From Actinomycetota bacterium (lineage in GTDB: Bacteria; Actinomycetota; Acidimicrobiia; Spongiisociales; UBA11373), in NCBI GenBank assembly GCA_018821365.1, contig JAHJML010000129.1, forward strand, positions 1-55,592: a DNA stretch of 55,592 nucleotides. Reading direction: 5' to 3'. A program made the position numbers and the translations under genes. Below are positions 27,960-37,380 of the stretch, piece after piece (the stretch's first letter is position 1; the number at the start of each line of letters is the position of its first letter). The notes under the pieces were generated by a model, which ran no database searches, was not told the DNA's origin, and saw nothing but the letters and a program-made list of their open reading frames with translations.

Positions 27960-28625
27960 TTGAAGCTGTTCCTCGACACTGCAAACCTGACCGATCTGGA
28001 GACGGCCAAGGGCTGGGGCATTCTCGAAGGGGTCACGACCAACCCGTCACTGGCCGCCCGCGAGGGCCTCGAGTTCTCCGAACTCGTCAAGTTGATCACC
28101 GACCTCGTCCCCGGTCCCGTGTCCGCCGAGGTAACGGATGAGACCGTCGAGGGAATGGTCGGTCAGGGCAAGGAACTCGCCGCCATCGCCGACAACGTCG
28201 TCGTCAAGGTGCCGATGACCCGGGAGGGCGTCAGCGCCGGCGCCCGGTTGGTCGATGCGGGCATCCCCATCAACGTGACGCTGGTGTTCTCCGCCGCCCA
28301 GGCAATCCTCGCCGCCAGGATCGGTGCCACCTTCGTTTCCCCATTCCTGGGTCGGGTGGACGACATCGGCAACGACGGCCTCGGCCTGCTGCGGCAGATC
28401 GTCGAGATCTATGCCGTGCAGGGATACGACACCGAGGTCCTGTCCGCAAGCCTTCGCCACCCCCAGCACGTTGTGGAATCGGCCCGCATCGGCGCCGACA
28501 TCGCCACGATGCCCTTCGGCGTCATGAACAGACTCTTCAACCACCCTCTCACCGACATCGGCATGGCGGGTTTCGCCTCCGATTGGGAGGCATACCAGCA
28601 GGCGCTCGCCGAGAAGCGCAGCTGA
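27960..28625 (+). CDS. tal: Transaldolase, short type 3B / fructose-6-phosphate aldolase family
   Basis: This is the C-terminal 221 aa of ORF 26499..28625. TTG start at 27960 follows [14 protein letters not shown]...GVTTNPSL...VKVP (Schiff-base Lys region)...FVSPFLGR. Confidence 0.9.
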   Translation: MKLFLDTANLTDLETAKGWGILEGVTTNPSLAAREGLEFSELVKLITDLVPGPVSAEVTDETVEGMVGQGKELAAIADNVVVKVPMTREGVSAGARLVDAGIPINVTLVFSAAQAILAARIGATFVSPFLGRVDDIGNDGLGLLRQIVEIYAVQGYDTEVLSASLRHPQHVVESARIGADIATMPFGVMNRLFNHPLTDIGMAGFASDWEAYQQALAEKRS

Positions 28626-28647
28626 AACCGACGCCCGAAAGGACGCG

Positions 28648-30243
28648 ATGACCACTCGAGCCAAGTTGCAGGAGAAGACCCTCGACGAACTGCGCCAGAT
28701 CGCAGGCTCGTTGCAGGTTCCGGATCACGAGACGCTGCAGAAGACCAAGCTGATCGCAGCCATCGTCGGCTCGGACGGCTTCGAGGGGAGCTCCGAACCG
28801 GAGCCGATCGAATTCCCCACCGCCGAGGTCCGTCACGCCGACGGCGGCTCCGACTCCGAGCGGGCCGATTCGGTTGCCGCCAACGGTGACGAGACGCGGG
28901 CGGAACGAACGTCCGGAGAAGGCGCAGTCGACGGGGATTCCGGGGATTCCGGAGACGACGAGGGACCCGGTCAGGGCAATGGCCAGCAGGATCAGAACCG
29001 CCGGCAACAGGGCCACTCCGGGCAGGGTCAGCAGGGCGAGAGCGGCCAGAACCAGCGCCGCCGCAACCGCGGCGGGCGCAGCGGCCAGCCGCGCGAGCGC
29101 GAGTACGACGAGTCCGAGTTGGAGATGCGCGAGGGGATCCTCGACATCCTCCCCGAATCGTATGGCTTCCTGCGGGTCGAGGAGTTCAAGCCCGGCGACA
29201 AGGACGTCTACGTCTCGGCCAGCCAGGTCCGCAAGTTCGGGCTCCGCAAGGGCGACATCCTGGCCGGCCCGATCCGGCCTCCCCGCTCGCAGGAGAAGTA
29301 CCCGGCGCTGACCCGCATCGACACCGTCAACGGCATGACCGTCGAAGAGGCTCGCAAGCGCCCCAAGTTCGGCGACCTGACCCCGCTGTTCCCCGATGAG
29401 CGGCTCCGCCTGGAGATCGACGGCGAGCCGAACCGGATGCTGGTGAGGATCGTCGACCTGATCGCCCCGATCGGCAAGGGCCAACGCGGGTTGATCGTGT
29501 CACCGCCCAAGGCGGGCAAGACCACCGTGCTCAAGGAGATCGCCAACTCGATCGCCGTCAACAACCCCGAGTGCCACCTGATCGTGGTGCTGGTCGACGA
29601 GCGTCCCGAAGAGGTCACCGACATGCAGCGGTCGGTCAAGGGCGAGGTGGTCTACTCGACCTTCGACCGGCCGGCCGAGGAGCACACCCAGGTGGCCGAA
29701 CTCGCCATCGAGCGCGCCAAGCGCCTGGTGGAGTCGGGCCGCAACGTGGTGATCCTGCTCGACTCGATCACCAGGCTGGCGAGGGCCTACAACCTGGCGA
29801 CGCCCGCCAGCGGCCGGATCCTCTCCGGCGGGGTGGACTCGACTGCCCTCTACCCGCCCAAGCGGTTCTTCGGCGCCGCCCGCAACATCGAGGAGGGCGG
29901 CAGCCTCACCATCCTGGGTACCGCCCTCGTCGAGACCGGCTCCCGGATGGACGAGGTGATCTTCGAGGAGTTCAAGGGCACCGGCAACATGGAGTTGCGG
30001 CTCGACCGCAAGCTCGCCGACAAGCGGGTCTACCCCGCCATCGACATCCCCGCCTCGGGAACACGCAAGGAGGAGTTGCTGTTCAGCACCAGCGAGCTCG
30101 CCCAGGTGTGGAAGCTGCGCAGGGTGCTGATGGCGCTGCCGGATCCCGCCGCCGGCCTCGAGCTGCTGATCGACCGGCTCAAGAACACCAAGTCGAACAA
30201 CGAGTTCCTGGCCGAGGTGGCCAAGAACACCGCCAACGTCTGA
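28648..30243 (+). CDS. rho: Transcription termination factor Rho (with low-complexity N-terminal insertion)
   Basis: 531 aa. Rho_N ([13 protein letters not shown]), an inserted G/Q/R/D-rich segment of about 120 aa, a CSD-like RNA-binding domain, and Walker A PPKAGKTT. Confidence 0.95.
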   Translation: MTTRAKLQEKTLDELRQIAGSLQVPDHETLQKTKLIAAIVGSDGFEGSSEPEPIEFPTAEVRHADGGSDSERADSVAANGDETRAERTSGEGAVDGDSGDSGDDEGPGQGNGQQDQNRRQQGHSGQGQQGESGQNQRRRNRGGRSGQPREREYDESELEMREGILDILPESYGFLRVEEFKPGDKDVYVSASQVRKFGLRKGDILAGPIRPPRSQEKYPALTRIDTVNGMTVEEARKRPKFGDLTPLFPDERLRLEIDGEPNRMLVRIVDLIAPIGKGQRGLIVSPPKAGKTTVLKEIANSIAVNNPECHLIVVLVDERPEEVTDMQRSVKGEVVYSTFDRPAEEHTQVAELAIERAKRLVESGRNVVILLDSITRLARAYNLATPASGRILSGGVDSTALYPPKRFFGAARNIEEGGSLTILGTALVETGSRMDEVIFEEFKGTGNMELRLDRKLADKRVYPAIDIPASGTRKEELLFSTSELAQVWKLRRVLMALPDPAAGLELLIDRLKNTKSNNEFLAEVAKNTANV

Positions 30244-30257
30244 GCGAGGAGACCAGG

Positions 30258-30527
30258 TTGAGGACCGACATCCATCCCGAGTACGGGGAGACCACCGTCA
30301 CGTGCTCGTGCGGCAACACCTTCGTCACGCGGTCGACCGCCAAGGGCGACCTGCACGTGGAACTGTGCAACGAGTGCCATCCCTTCTACACCGGCAAGCA
30401 GAAGCTGGTGGACTCCGGCGGCCGGGTCGAGCGCTTCCAGCGCCGCTACGGCCGGAAGTCCTTCACCGGCGAGGCGGCGCAGGCTCCTGAGGCCGGGGAG
30501 GCCTCCGAGGCTCCCGCGGAGGCCTAG
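30258..30527 (+). CDS. rpmE: 50S ribosomal protein L31 (Zn-ribbon type A) with Ala/Glu-rich C-terminal tail
   Basis: TTG start at 30258 follows GAGGAG. (M)RTDIHPEY...CSCG...[12 protein letters not shown]. Confidence 0.88.
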   Translation: MRTDIHPEYGETTVTCSCGNTFVTRSTAKGDLHVELCNECHPFYTGKQKLVDSGGRVERFQRRYGRKSFTGEAAQAPEAGEASEAPAEA

Positions 30528-31463
30528 GTGAGCCGCCCTCCGGGCGCCTCCGTCGGCGGTCAGGCCGTCATCGAAGGCGTGATGATGCGCGCCCCCAACC
30601 GCTGGGCGGTCGCCGCCCGCCGCCCCGACGGCGTCATCGAGGCCGTCTCCCATCCCCTACCCCGGCTCTCGGCCCGCAGCCGCTGGGCCAGGGTCCCCTT
30701 CGTCCGCGGCGTGCTGGTCCTCGTCGAGTCGTTGAGCCTCGGCATGCGCGCCCTCACCTGGTCGGCCCGCAAGGCGGGGCAGGAGGAGGACGGGGAGGAG
30801 ATCCGCTCCCGTGACATCGTGGGGGCGATGGTGATCGCCCTCGTCTTCTTCGTCGCCGTCTTCATGGTGCTCCCACTGCTGGCCGCCAAGGGGGCGGAGC
30901 GGTTGTTCGGCGTGGACAGCGCGGTGCTGTTCAACGTGGTCGACGGCCTGGTCAGGGTGGGTCTGTTCATCGGGTACATCTGGGCCATCGGGAGGTCGTC
31001 GGAGATCGCCAGGGTCTTCGAGTACCACGGCGCCGAGCACAAGACCATCCACGCCTACGAGGCCGGCAAGCCGCTGCAGATCGACCAGATCCAGCCCTAC
31101 AGCCCCCGGCATCCCCGCTGCGGCACCAACTTCCTGCTGATCGTGATCCTGATCGCCCTGATCGTGTTCACCGCCATCGGCAGGCCCGCCTGGCCGTGGC
31201 TGATCGCCAGCCGGATCCTCTTGATCCCGGTGATCGCCGGGTTCTCCTACGAGTTGCTGAAGGCGGCCGCCGAGACCTCCTGGCTCAGGGTGATGTCACA
31301 GCCGGGCATCTGGCTGCAGCGGCTCACCACCCGCGAGCCCGACGCCGGGCAGGTGGAGGTGGCCATCGCCTCACTGCTGGCGGCCCTCACCCCCGACGAG
31401 CGAGCGGCGGTCGCCGCCCGCGGCCCGATTGCCCCCGGCGCCCTGCAGGTGGAGCAGGGCTGA
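30528..31463 (+). CDS. DUF1385 domain-containing membrane protein (YqhQ-like)
   Basis: [12 protein letters not shown]...YHGAEHK...HPRCGTNF motifs typical of DUF1385. It starts on the nucleotide after the rpmE stop, and its stop overlaps the prfA ATG. Confidence 0.85.
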   Translation: MSRPPGASVGGQAVIEGVMMRAPNRWAVAARRPDGVIEAVSHPLPRLSARSRWARVPFVRGVLVLVESLSLGMRALTWSARKAGQEEDGEEIRSRDIVGAMVIALVFFVAVFMVLPLLAAKGAERLFGVDSAVLFNVVDGLVRVGLFIGYIWAIGRSSEIARVFEYHGAEHKTIHAYEAGKPLQIDQIQPYSPRHPRCGTNFLLIVILIALIVFTAIGRPAWPWLIASRILLIPVIAGFSYELLKAAAETSWLRVMSQPGIWLQRLTTREPDAGQVEVAIASLLAALTPDERAAVAARGPIAPGALQVEQG

Positions 31464-32542
31464 TGGATCCCGGGTTGATCGAACGGCTCACCGGCGCCGA
31501 AGCGGCCTATGAGGCGACCGAGGAGGAGATGGCCTCGCCGGAGGTGGCCGGCGACCCCAACCGCTACGCCGAGGTCGCCAAGCGCTACGCCGATCTCCGA
31601 CCCGTCGTGACGGCCTTCCATGCGCTGCGGGAGGCGGCAGCCGAGGCGGCCGAGGCCGCCGAGATGGCGGCGGGTGAGACCGATCCGGAGATGGTCGAGT
31701 ACCTGGAGGGCATCGCCGAGAGGAAGACGGCGGAGGCCGAGCGACTCGAACTGCGGTTGCGGGTGATGCTGGTCCCCAAGGACCCCTACGACGACAAGGA
31801 TGTGATCATCGAGATCCGGGCGGCGGTGGGTGGCGACGAGGCCGGCATCTGGGCCGGCGACCTCCATCGGATGTACGTCCGTTATGCCGAGGGGCGGGGG
31901 TGGACCATCGAGCCGATTTCGGTCTCGGAATCGGAGGCGGGGGGGTTCAAGGAGATCACCTTTGCCATCGCGGGGAAGGGCGCCTACAGCCGGTTCAAAT
32001 TCGAGGCAGGCCCCCACCGGGTGCAGCGGGTCCCCAGGACCGAGTCGCAGGGCAGGGTGCACACCTCCATCGCCACGGTGGCCGTGCTGCCCGAGGCCGA
32101 GGACGTCGAGGTCGAGATCCACGAGAACGACCTGGAGGTCGACGTGTTCCGCAGCACCGGCCCCGGCGGCCAGTCGGTCAACACCACCGACTCGGCGGTG
32201 CGGATGACCCACAAGCCGACCGGCCTGGTGGTCACCTGCCAGGACGAGAAGAGCCAATTGCAGAACAAGGTGAAGGCTCTGCGGGTGCTGCGGGCCCGGC
32301 TGTTGCAGATCGAGATGGATCGGGTCAACGCCGAGACGGCCGCCGACCGCAAGGCGCAGGTGGGCAGTGGCGAGCGTGCCGAGAAGATTCGCACGTACAA
32401 CTACCGGGAGAACCGGGTCACCGACCACCGGATCGGGCTGACCATCAAGCGGCTCCCCGAGATCCTCGACGGCGCCCTCGACGACTTCATCGACGCCCTC
32501 ACCCTCGACGACGAGGCCCGCAGGCTCACCGAAGGCGGCTGA
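31463..32542 (+). CDS. prfA: Peptide chain release factor 1
   Basis: ORF 31196..32542 trimmed to MDPGLIERL (ATG 31463). GGQ motif ([12 protein letters not shown]). [17 protein letters not shown] block. Confidence 0.93.
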   Translation: MDPGLIERLTGAEAAYEATEEEMASPEVAGDPNRYAEVAKRYADLRPVVTAFHALREAAAEAAEAAEMAAGETDPEMVEYLEGIAERKTAEAERLELRLRVMLVPKDPYDDKDVIIEIRAAVGGDEAGIWAGDLHRMYVRYAEGRGWTIEPISVSESEAGGFKEITFAIAGKGAYSRFKFEAGPHRVQRVPRTESQGRVHTSIATVAVLPEAEDVEVEIHENDLEVDVFRSTGPGGQSVNTTDSAVRMTHKPTGLVVTCQDEKSQLQNKVKALRVLRARLLQIEMDRVNAETAADRKAQVGSGERAEKIRTYNYRENRVTDHRIGLTIKRLPEILDGALDDFIDALTLDDEARRLTEGG

Positions 32543-32621
32543 TCCGGCGAGGCTCGGGGAGCACGTGGCATGTCACCCGCTGCAGCGGTCGGGGCGTGCC
32601 CCTGCCCTCGGATGAGTCGAG

Positions 32622-33422
32622 CTAGCTGGTGACATCTCGCCTCGATATCACTCCGGAGCTGATGACCAGCCCGACCAACCCGTAGGCGATGGTCAATGCC
32701 GCCGCGACGGAGTAGCCGATCGAGGTGGTGCCGCCGTCGGCCAGAGCACCGAAGGCCGCCGCGGGGCCCCACTCGCCGAGGGTTTCCCAGAAGGTGCCTA
32801 CGAGCGGCTCGACGATCATCAGGTAAGCCGCTCCCACCGATATCGAGATGGCCGAGGAGCGGGTCAGCATTGCCAAGGCGGCTCCGATGAGCCCGGCGGC
32901 GATCATCGCTCCGGTGAGGCTGGCGTAGGCGCCGGCCATGGCGGCGAATCCTTCGGCCGTCCACCACGACGTCGTGTCCACGCCGGCGCTCGATGCGAGC
33001 ACGGCTCCCAGCGCGATGCTGACACCCACCGCCACGGCCACCCAGGCTGCCGCAAAGCTCGCAAGGGCTGCCAGCTTGCCGGCCAGGGCCTTGATCCGGC
33101 GCGGCTCGGTCACAAACAGCATCCTGATGGTGCCCTTGGAGAACTCCCCTGCCAGGTTGGATGCGAAGAGGGCGAGGGCGATGATGGTGAGGAAGGTGGC
33201 GACGCGGGTGACGGCGAAGACCGATCCGTCGGTCAGTGACAGGGTTGCGGCCGATGCGAGTGCTCCGGGTCCGCGCCCCTCGTCGGTGCCGATGTCGGTG
33301 CCGCCGGCGCCGAGGAACATGAGGACGGTGATCAGCGCGGCAAAACCCACGATGGCTCCGCCGAAGCCGAGCAGCGTGGCCCGCCTGCTGAGTTTGATCC
33401 ATTCCGAGCGAAACACCCTCAT
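32622..33422 (-). CDS. ABC-2 type transporter permease
   Basis: ORF 32622..33746 trimmed to MRVFRSEWIKL (ATG 33420-33422, ATGA overlap with the ATPase stop). About 6 TM helices. Confidence 0.75.
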   Translation of the reverse strand: MRVFRSEWIKLSRRATLLGFGGAIVGFAALITVLMFLGAGGTDIGTDEGRGPGALASAATLSLTDGSVFAVTRVATFLTIIALALFASNLAGEFSKGTIRMLFVTEPRRIKALAGKLAALASFAAAWVAVAVGVSIALGAVLASSAGVDTTSWWTAEGFAAMAGAYASLTGAMIAAGLIGAALAMLTRSSAISISVGAAYLMIVEPLVGTFWETLGEWGPAAAFGALADGGTTSIGYSVAAALTIAYGLVGLVISSGVISRRDVTS

Positions 33423-34336
33423 TTGCCGACTCCCTTGCTGCCGGTACCCGTCATGGCGAAGAATGCTCCTTCGAGGTCGTTGGCAACGACCTGCAGTTCC
33501 CGAAGATTGATGCCCGCGTGCCAGGCGAGCCTGTTGAGGTCGGCCGCCCAAGTGGCCGGGGCCTCGATCTCGACACCGTCGTTCGAGAGAACGGCGTGGA
33601 ATCCGGCCCCTTCTGCGATCTGGATCAGGTCGTGGTGGCGATATTGGTCCTCGGCGGCGGCGCGGATCGTCGGTTGGGCGATACCGAGAAGGTCGTCGAG
33701 TGGGCCGCTGAACACCATGGCACCGCGATCGATCATCACGATCCACTCGCAGGCAGCCTGGATCTCGGAGAGGAGATGGCTGGAGACGAGGACCGTCTTG
33801 CCGTCGGCGCCGAGGTCGGATATCAATTGGCGGATCTCGACGATGCCTTCCGGGTCGAGCCCGTTGGTCGGTTCATCGAGGACCAGCAGGTCCGGGTCTG
33901 GTAGCAGCGCCGCGGCGATGCCCAACCGCTGCTTCATTCCCAGCGAGTACTGGCGGTAGCGGTCTCGTTCCCGACCGGTCAAGCCGACCGTCTCGATCAC
34001 TCCGGAGATGCGCCGGCGGGGGTGGCCCCCGAGCGTCGCCAGGAGGCGGAGGTTTTCCTCTCCGGTGAGTGATGGGTGGAAGGCGGGCGCCTCGATGAGC
34101 GCTCCCACGCGGGCGAGGTAGGCCGAAGGATTGCGGATCGATTGGCCGAGCACCTCGGCGTCGCCACTGCTGGGAGCGACGAGCCCGAGCAGCATGCGGA
34201 TCATCGTCGACTTGCCGGCGCCGTTGGGCCCGATGAGCCCGATCACTCCGCCGTCCGGCAGTGTCATGGAGATGTCGTCTACGGCCCGCAACTCACCGAA
34301 GTCCTTTGTCAATCCGTTGGTTTCTATCGATGTCAT
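33419..34336 (-). CDS. ABC transporter ATP-binding protein
   Basis: Walker A GPNGAGKST, signature YSLGMKQRL, Walker B LLVLDEPT. Confidence 0.92.
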   Translation of the reverse strand: MTSIETNGLTKDFGELRAVDDISMTLPDGGVIGLIGPNGAGKSTMIRMLLGLVAPSSGDAEVLGQSIRNPSAYLARVGALIEAPAFHPSLTGEENLRLLATLGGHPRRRISGVIETVGLTGRERDRYRQYSLGMKQRLGIAAALLPDPDLLVLDEPTNGLDPEGIVEIRQLISDLGADGKTVLVSSHLLSEIQAACEWIVMIDRGAMVFSGPLDDLLGIAQPTIRAAAEDQYRHHDLIQIAEGAGFHAVLSNDGVEIEAPATWAADLNRLAWHAGINLRELQVVANDLEGAFFAMTGTGSKGVGK

Positions 34337-34387
34337 GGGGTATTCCTTGTTGGTGGTTCAGCGTTCACGAGCAGAGCGTCGGGCCCT

Positions 34388-36571
34388 CTAGATGAGTGAC
34401 GGATCAGATTCCAGGGCTTCTTGCCGTGACTCCTGTGGCACCGCTTCGAGGTCGAGGCGGGGGAGGAGGCGGTCGAGCCACTTCGGCAGCCACCAGTTGG
34501 GGTCGCCAACGATCGCCATGACGGATGGGACGAGGGCCATCCTGACGATCGTGGCATCCACCGCCACCGCGGTTGCCAGGCCGATGCCCATCATCTTGAC
34601 GACCGGGTCGGCGCTGGTCACGAAGCCGAGGAACACACTGATCATGATGAGGGCGGCTGCGGTGATCACCTTGGCCGTCGCCCCCAGTCCGGTGACCACG
34701 CTCGTGATGTTGCCGTGCCCCTTCTGATACTCCTCGCGAACCCGGGAGAGGATGAAGACGTGGTAGTCCATCGACAGTCCGAAGAGGATGGCGAACATCA
34801 TCATGGGCACGAAGGAGGCGATCGGGATCGCCGCCTCGAGACCGATGAGCGATCGTCCCCAGCCCCATTGGAAGATGGCGACCACCACGCCGTAGGCGGC
34901 CCCCACCGACAGCAGATTCATCAGGCCGGCCGTGAGCGGCACGACGATCGAGCGGAACACGATCATCAGCAGCAGGAACGACACCAGGACCACGGCGAGG
35001 ATGAACCAGGGGAGGCGATCGGCGATCTTGTCCGATTGGTCGATGAACATCGCCGTCGGTCCGCCGACCAGCACTTCGGCGCCCGTGCCCTCCGTGGCCG
35101 CCGGGATCAGGTCGGAGCGGAGTCGCTGGACGAGGTCGGCGGTCTCCACGTCCTGCGGCTTGGTGGTCGGGATGGCGGTGATGACGGCCGTGTCCCCTGC
35201 CGGGTTCAGCTCGGGCGGGGACAACGCCACGATGCCGGGATCTGCCGCCAGTGAGGCTGCGATGATCGAGACCGCCTCCGGCGAGGTCGCCGTTTCGAGA
35301 TCGATCACGATCAGCAGCGGGCCGTTGAAACCGTCGCCGAAACCGGCGGCGAGCAGGTCGTATGCCTTGCGGTGGGTGGTCGTGGCCGGTTCGGTGCCGG
35401 CGTCGGCCTGTCCGAGACGCATGTCGAGAGCCGGAATCGCCAGGACGAGGAGGATCGCCGTCGCCGCCATCGCCGATCGCCACGGGTGGTGGGCAACCCA
35501 TTCGGCCCACCGCACCCAGACACTCACCTTGGCGGCCGGCGGCCTCGTGCCGTGGCGGGCGGAGCGGCTCAAGACCCGGTTGCCGGCGAAGCCGAGCAGC
35601 GCCGGCATCAGGGTGACGGCCACGATCACCGCCACCGCGACCACCAGGGATGCCGAGTAGCCGAGCGCGGCCACGAACGGAATCCCCGCCAGCTGCAAAC
35701 CGAGGATGGCCACCATGACGGTGCCCCCGGCAAAGACGACGGCCTGGCCGGCGGTGGCATTGGTGAGGCCGATCGAGTGCTCCGGTTCCATGCCCTCTTC
35801 GAGGTTGTGGCGGTGGCGGCTCAGCACGAAGAGGGCGTAGTCGATGCCGACCCCCAATCCGATCATCGTTGCCAATCGGGGGGCGACGGTGGGGATCTCG
35901 ATGGCCGCTCCCAGCAACCCGATGATCGCCAGGCCGACCACCAGGCCGAGGGCGGCGACGCCGACCGGCAGCGCCATCGCAATTGCACTTCCGAAGGTGA
36001 TGCCGAGGATGACCAGGGCGGCCACGATGCCGATGGCCTCCGACATCCCCGTCTCACGCTCCTTGAGGATGGTCGGCAGTTCGCCGCCGTACTCGACCTG
36101 GACCCCGGCGGCCTCGGCCGGCCCGGCGGTTTCGAACAATGCGTCCCTGGTCGCGTTCCCGAGTTCGGCGGTGGTTCCGTCGAATTGCACCGCAGCGAAT
36201 GCTGTGGTGCCGTCGGGGGAGATCGAGCGCGGTCCGGCGAGAGGGTCGGTGACACCGAGGACACTCGGCAGGGCAGCCACTTCGGCCATGGTCTCACCGA
36301 TCGCGGCGGTGAACTCGGCGTCGCCGATCGACCCCTCCGCGGTGTGGAACACCACCATGGCCGTCGCACCGGCCCGTTCGGGGAAGCGCGCCTTCAGCAG
36401 ATCGATGGCTTGCTGCGACTCGACCCCCGGAACCTCGAAGTTGTCCACGGCGGTGCCGCCGATGAGGCTGTTCGAACCGACGGCGGCGACGATGACGGCC
36501 GCCCAGACGAGCAGCATCGTCCAACGCCGACGCGCCGAGAACCGGCCGAGTCTGTAGAGCATCGCTGACAT
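34388..36571 (-). CDS. MMPL-family (RND superfamily) transporter
   Basis: ORF 34388..36592 trimmed to MSAMLYRLGRFSARRRW (ATG 36569-36571, 6 nt after AGGAGG). About 12 TM helices in two MMPL halves. Confidence 0.88.
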   Translation of the reverse strand: MSAMLYRLGRFSARRRWTMLLVWAAVIVAAVGSNSLIGGTAVDNFEVPGVESQQAIDLLKARFPERAGATAMVVFHTAEGSIGDAEFTAAIGETMAEVAALPSVLGVTDPLAGPRSISPDGTTAFAAVQFDGTTAELGNATRDALFETAGPAEAAGVQVEYGGELPTILKERETGMSEAIGIVAALVILGITFGSAIAMALPVGVAALGLVVGLAIIGLLGAAIEIPTVAPRLATMIGLGVGIDYALFVLSRHRHNLEEGMEPEHSIGLTNATAGQAVVFAGGTVMVAILGLQLAGIPFVAALGYSASLVVAVAVIVAVTLMPALLGFAGNRVLSRSARHGTRPPAAKVSVWVRWAEWVAHHPWRSAMAATAILLVLAIPALDMRLGQADAGTEPATTTHRKAYDLLAAGFGDGFNGPLLIVIDLETATSPEAVSIIAASLAADPGIVALSPPELNPAGDTAVITAIPTTKPQDVETADLVQRLRSDLIPAATEGTGAEVLVGGPTAMFIDQSDKIADRLPWFILAVVLVSFLLLMIVFRSIVVPLTAGLMNLLSVGAAYGVVVAIFQWGWGRSLIGLEAAIPIASFVPMMMFAILFGLSMDYHVFILSRVREEYQKGHGNITSVVTGLGATAKVITAAALIMISVFLGFVTSADPVVKMMGIGLATAVAVDATIVRMALVPSVMAIVGDPNWWLPKWLDRLLPRLDLEAVPQESRQEALESDPSLI

Positions 36572-36600
36572 CGAAACCTCCTGGAGGGCCACCCGAATCT

Positions 36601-36647
36601 TGCAGTTGCTGCATTATACGCAAAACTACAGCGACTGCAAATTTGCA
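36601..36647. promoter_or_regulatory. AT-rich divergent promoter/operator region with palindromes (TetR operator candidates)
   Basis: Inverted repeat TGCAGttgCTGCA (36601-36613) and perfect 12-bp palindrome TGCAAATTTGCA (36636-36647), between the divergent MMPL and TetR starts. Confidence 0.55.
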
Positions 36648-36677
36648 TGGAGCGCACTACATCGGTACGATGACGTC

Positions 36678-37289
36678 ATGCCAGAGACCGTCGGCCTGCG
36701 AGCCCGCAAGAAACTGAGAACGAGACAGACGATCGAACGGGTCGCACTCGACCTCTTCGAACGTCATGGGTTCACCGCCACCACCATCGAGGAGATCGCC
36801 GCGGCGGCCGATATCGCGCCCCGGACGTTCTTCCACTACTTCCCCTCGAAGGAGGATGTCGTCACGGCCGACTACACCTCGAGGCTGCAGCAGATCGTGG
36901 CGGCCCTCCAGACCGGGCCGCGTGACCAGACGCCGTGGGCGGCGCTCCGGGCGGCCTTCCTCGACGCCGCCATCGACTACGAGACGGAGCGCGACCACAT
37001 GCTTCGACGCTTCCGGATCATCCAGGCGACTCCGTCGGTGGCCGCTCACAATCTCCAGGTCCAAGCGAGATGGGAAGACGCCGTCGCCGGGGCAGTGGCC
37101 GAGTGGCTCGAGAGCGACGGTACCGGGGACATCCGCCCCCGATTGGTCGCCGGGGCGGCGCTGGCCGCTCTCCGAGCCTCGCTGCGGCTGTGGCTCGCCG
37201 GCGACGGCGTCTCACGGTTGCCCGATCACCTCAGCGAGGCCTTCGAACTCCTCGAAGACGGCCTCGGGTCGATCGCCCTGCAACCGTGA
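36678..37289 (+). CDS. TetR/AcrR-family transcriptional regulator
   Basis: ORF 36600..37289 trimmed to MPETVGLRARKK (ATG 36678). HTH region: TIEEIAAAADIAPRTFFHYFPSKEDV. Confidence 0.88.
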   Translation: MPETVGLRARKKLRTRQTIERVALDLFERHGFTATTIEEIAAAADIAPRTFFHYFPSKEDVVTADYTSRLQQIVAALQTGPRDQTPWAALRAAFLDAAIDYETERDHMLRRFRIIQATPSVAAHNLQVQARWEDAVAGAVAEWLESDGTGDIRPRLVAGAALAALRASLRLWLAGDGVSRLPDHLSEAFELLEDGLGSIALQP

Positions 37290-37380
37290 CGAGACGGCCG
37301 GCAATCCGATGCCGCTCCGGCCAAAAGCGCGGCGGGTGTGCCCCCAGTGATGCGGCGATTGGGCGCGCCGCCGGACCCGC

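Noticed and set aside
28900-29110. Low-complexity G/Q/R/D-rich stretch inside rho, considered as a possible inserted element or frameshift artefact.
   Set aside because: The frame is continuous, and N-terminal hydrophilic insertions in Rho are a well-known actinobacterial feature. It does not look like a mobile insertion.
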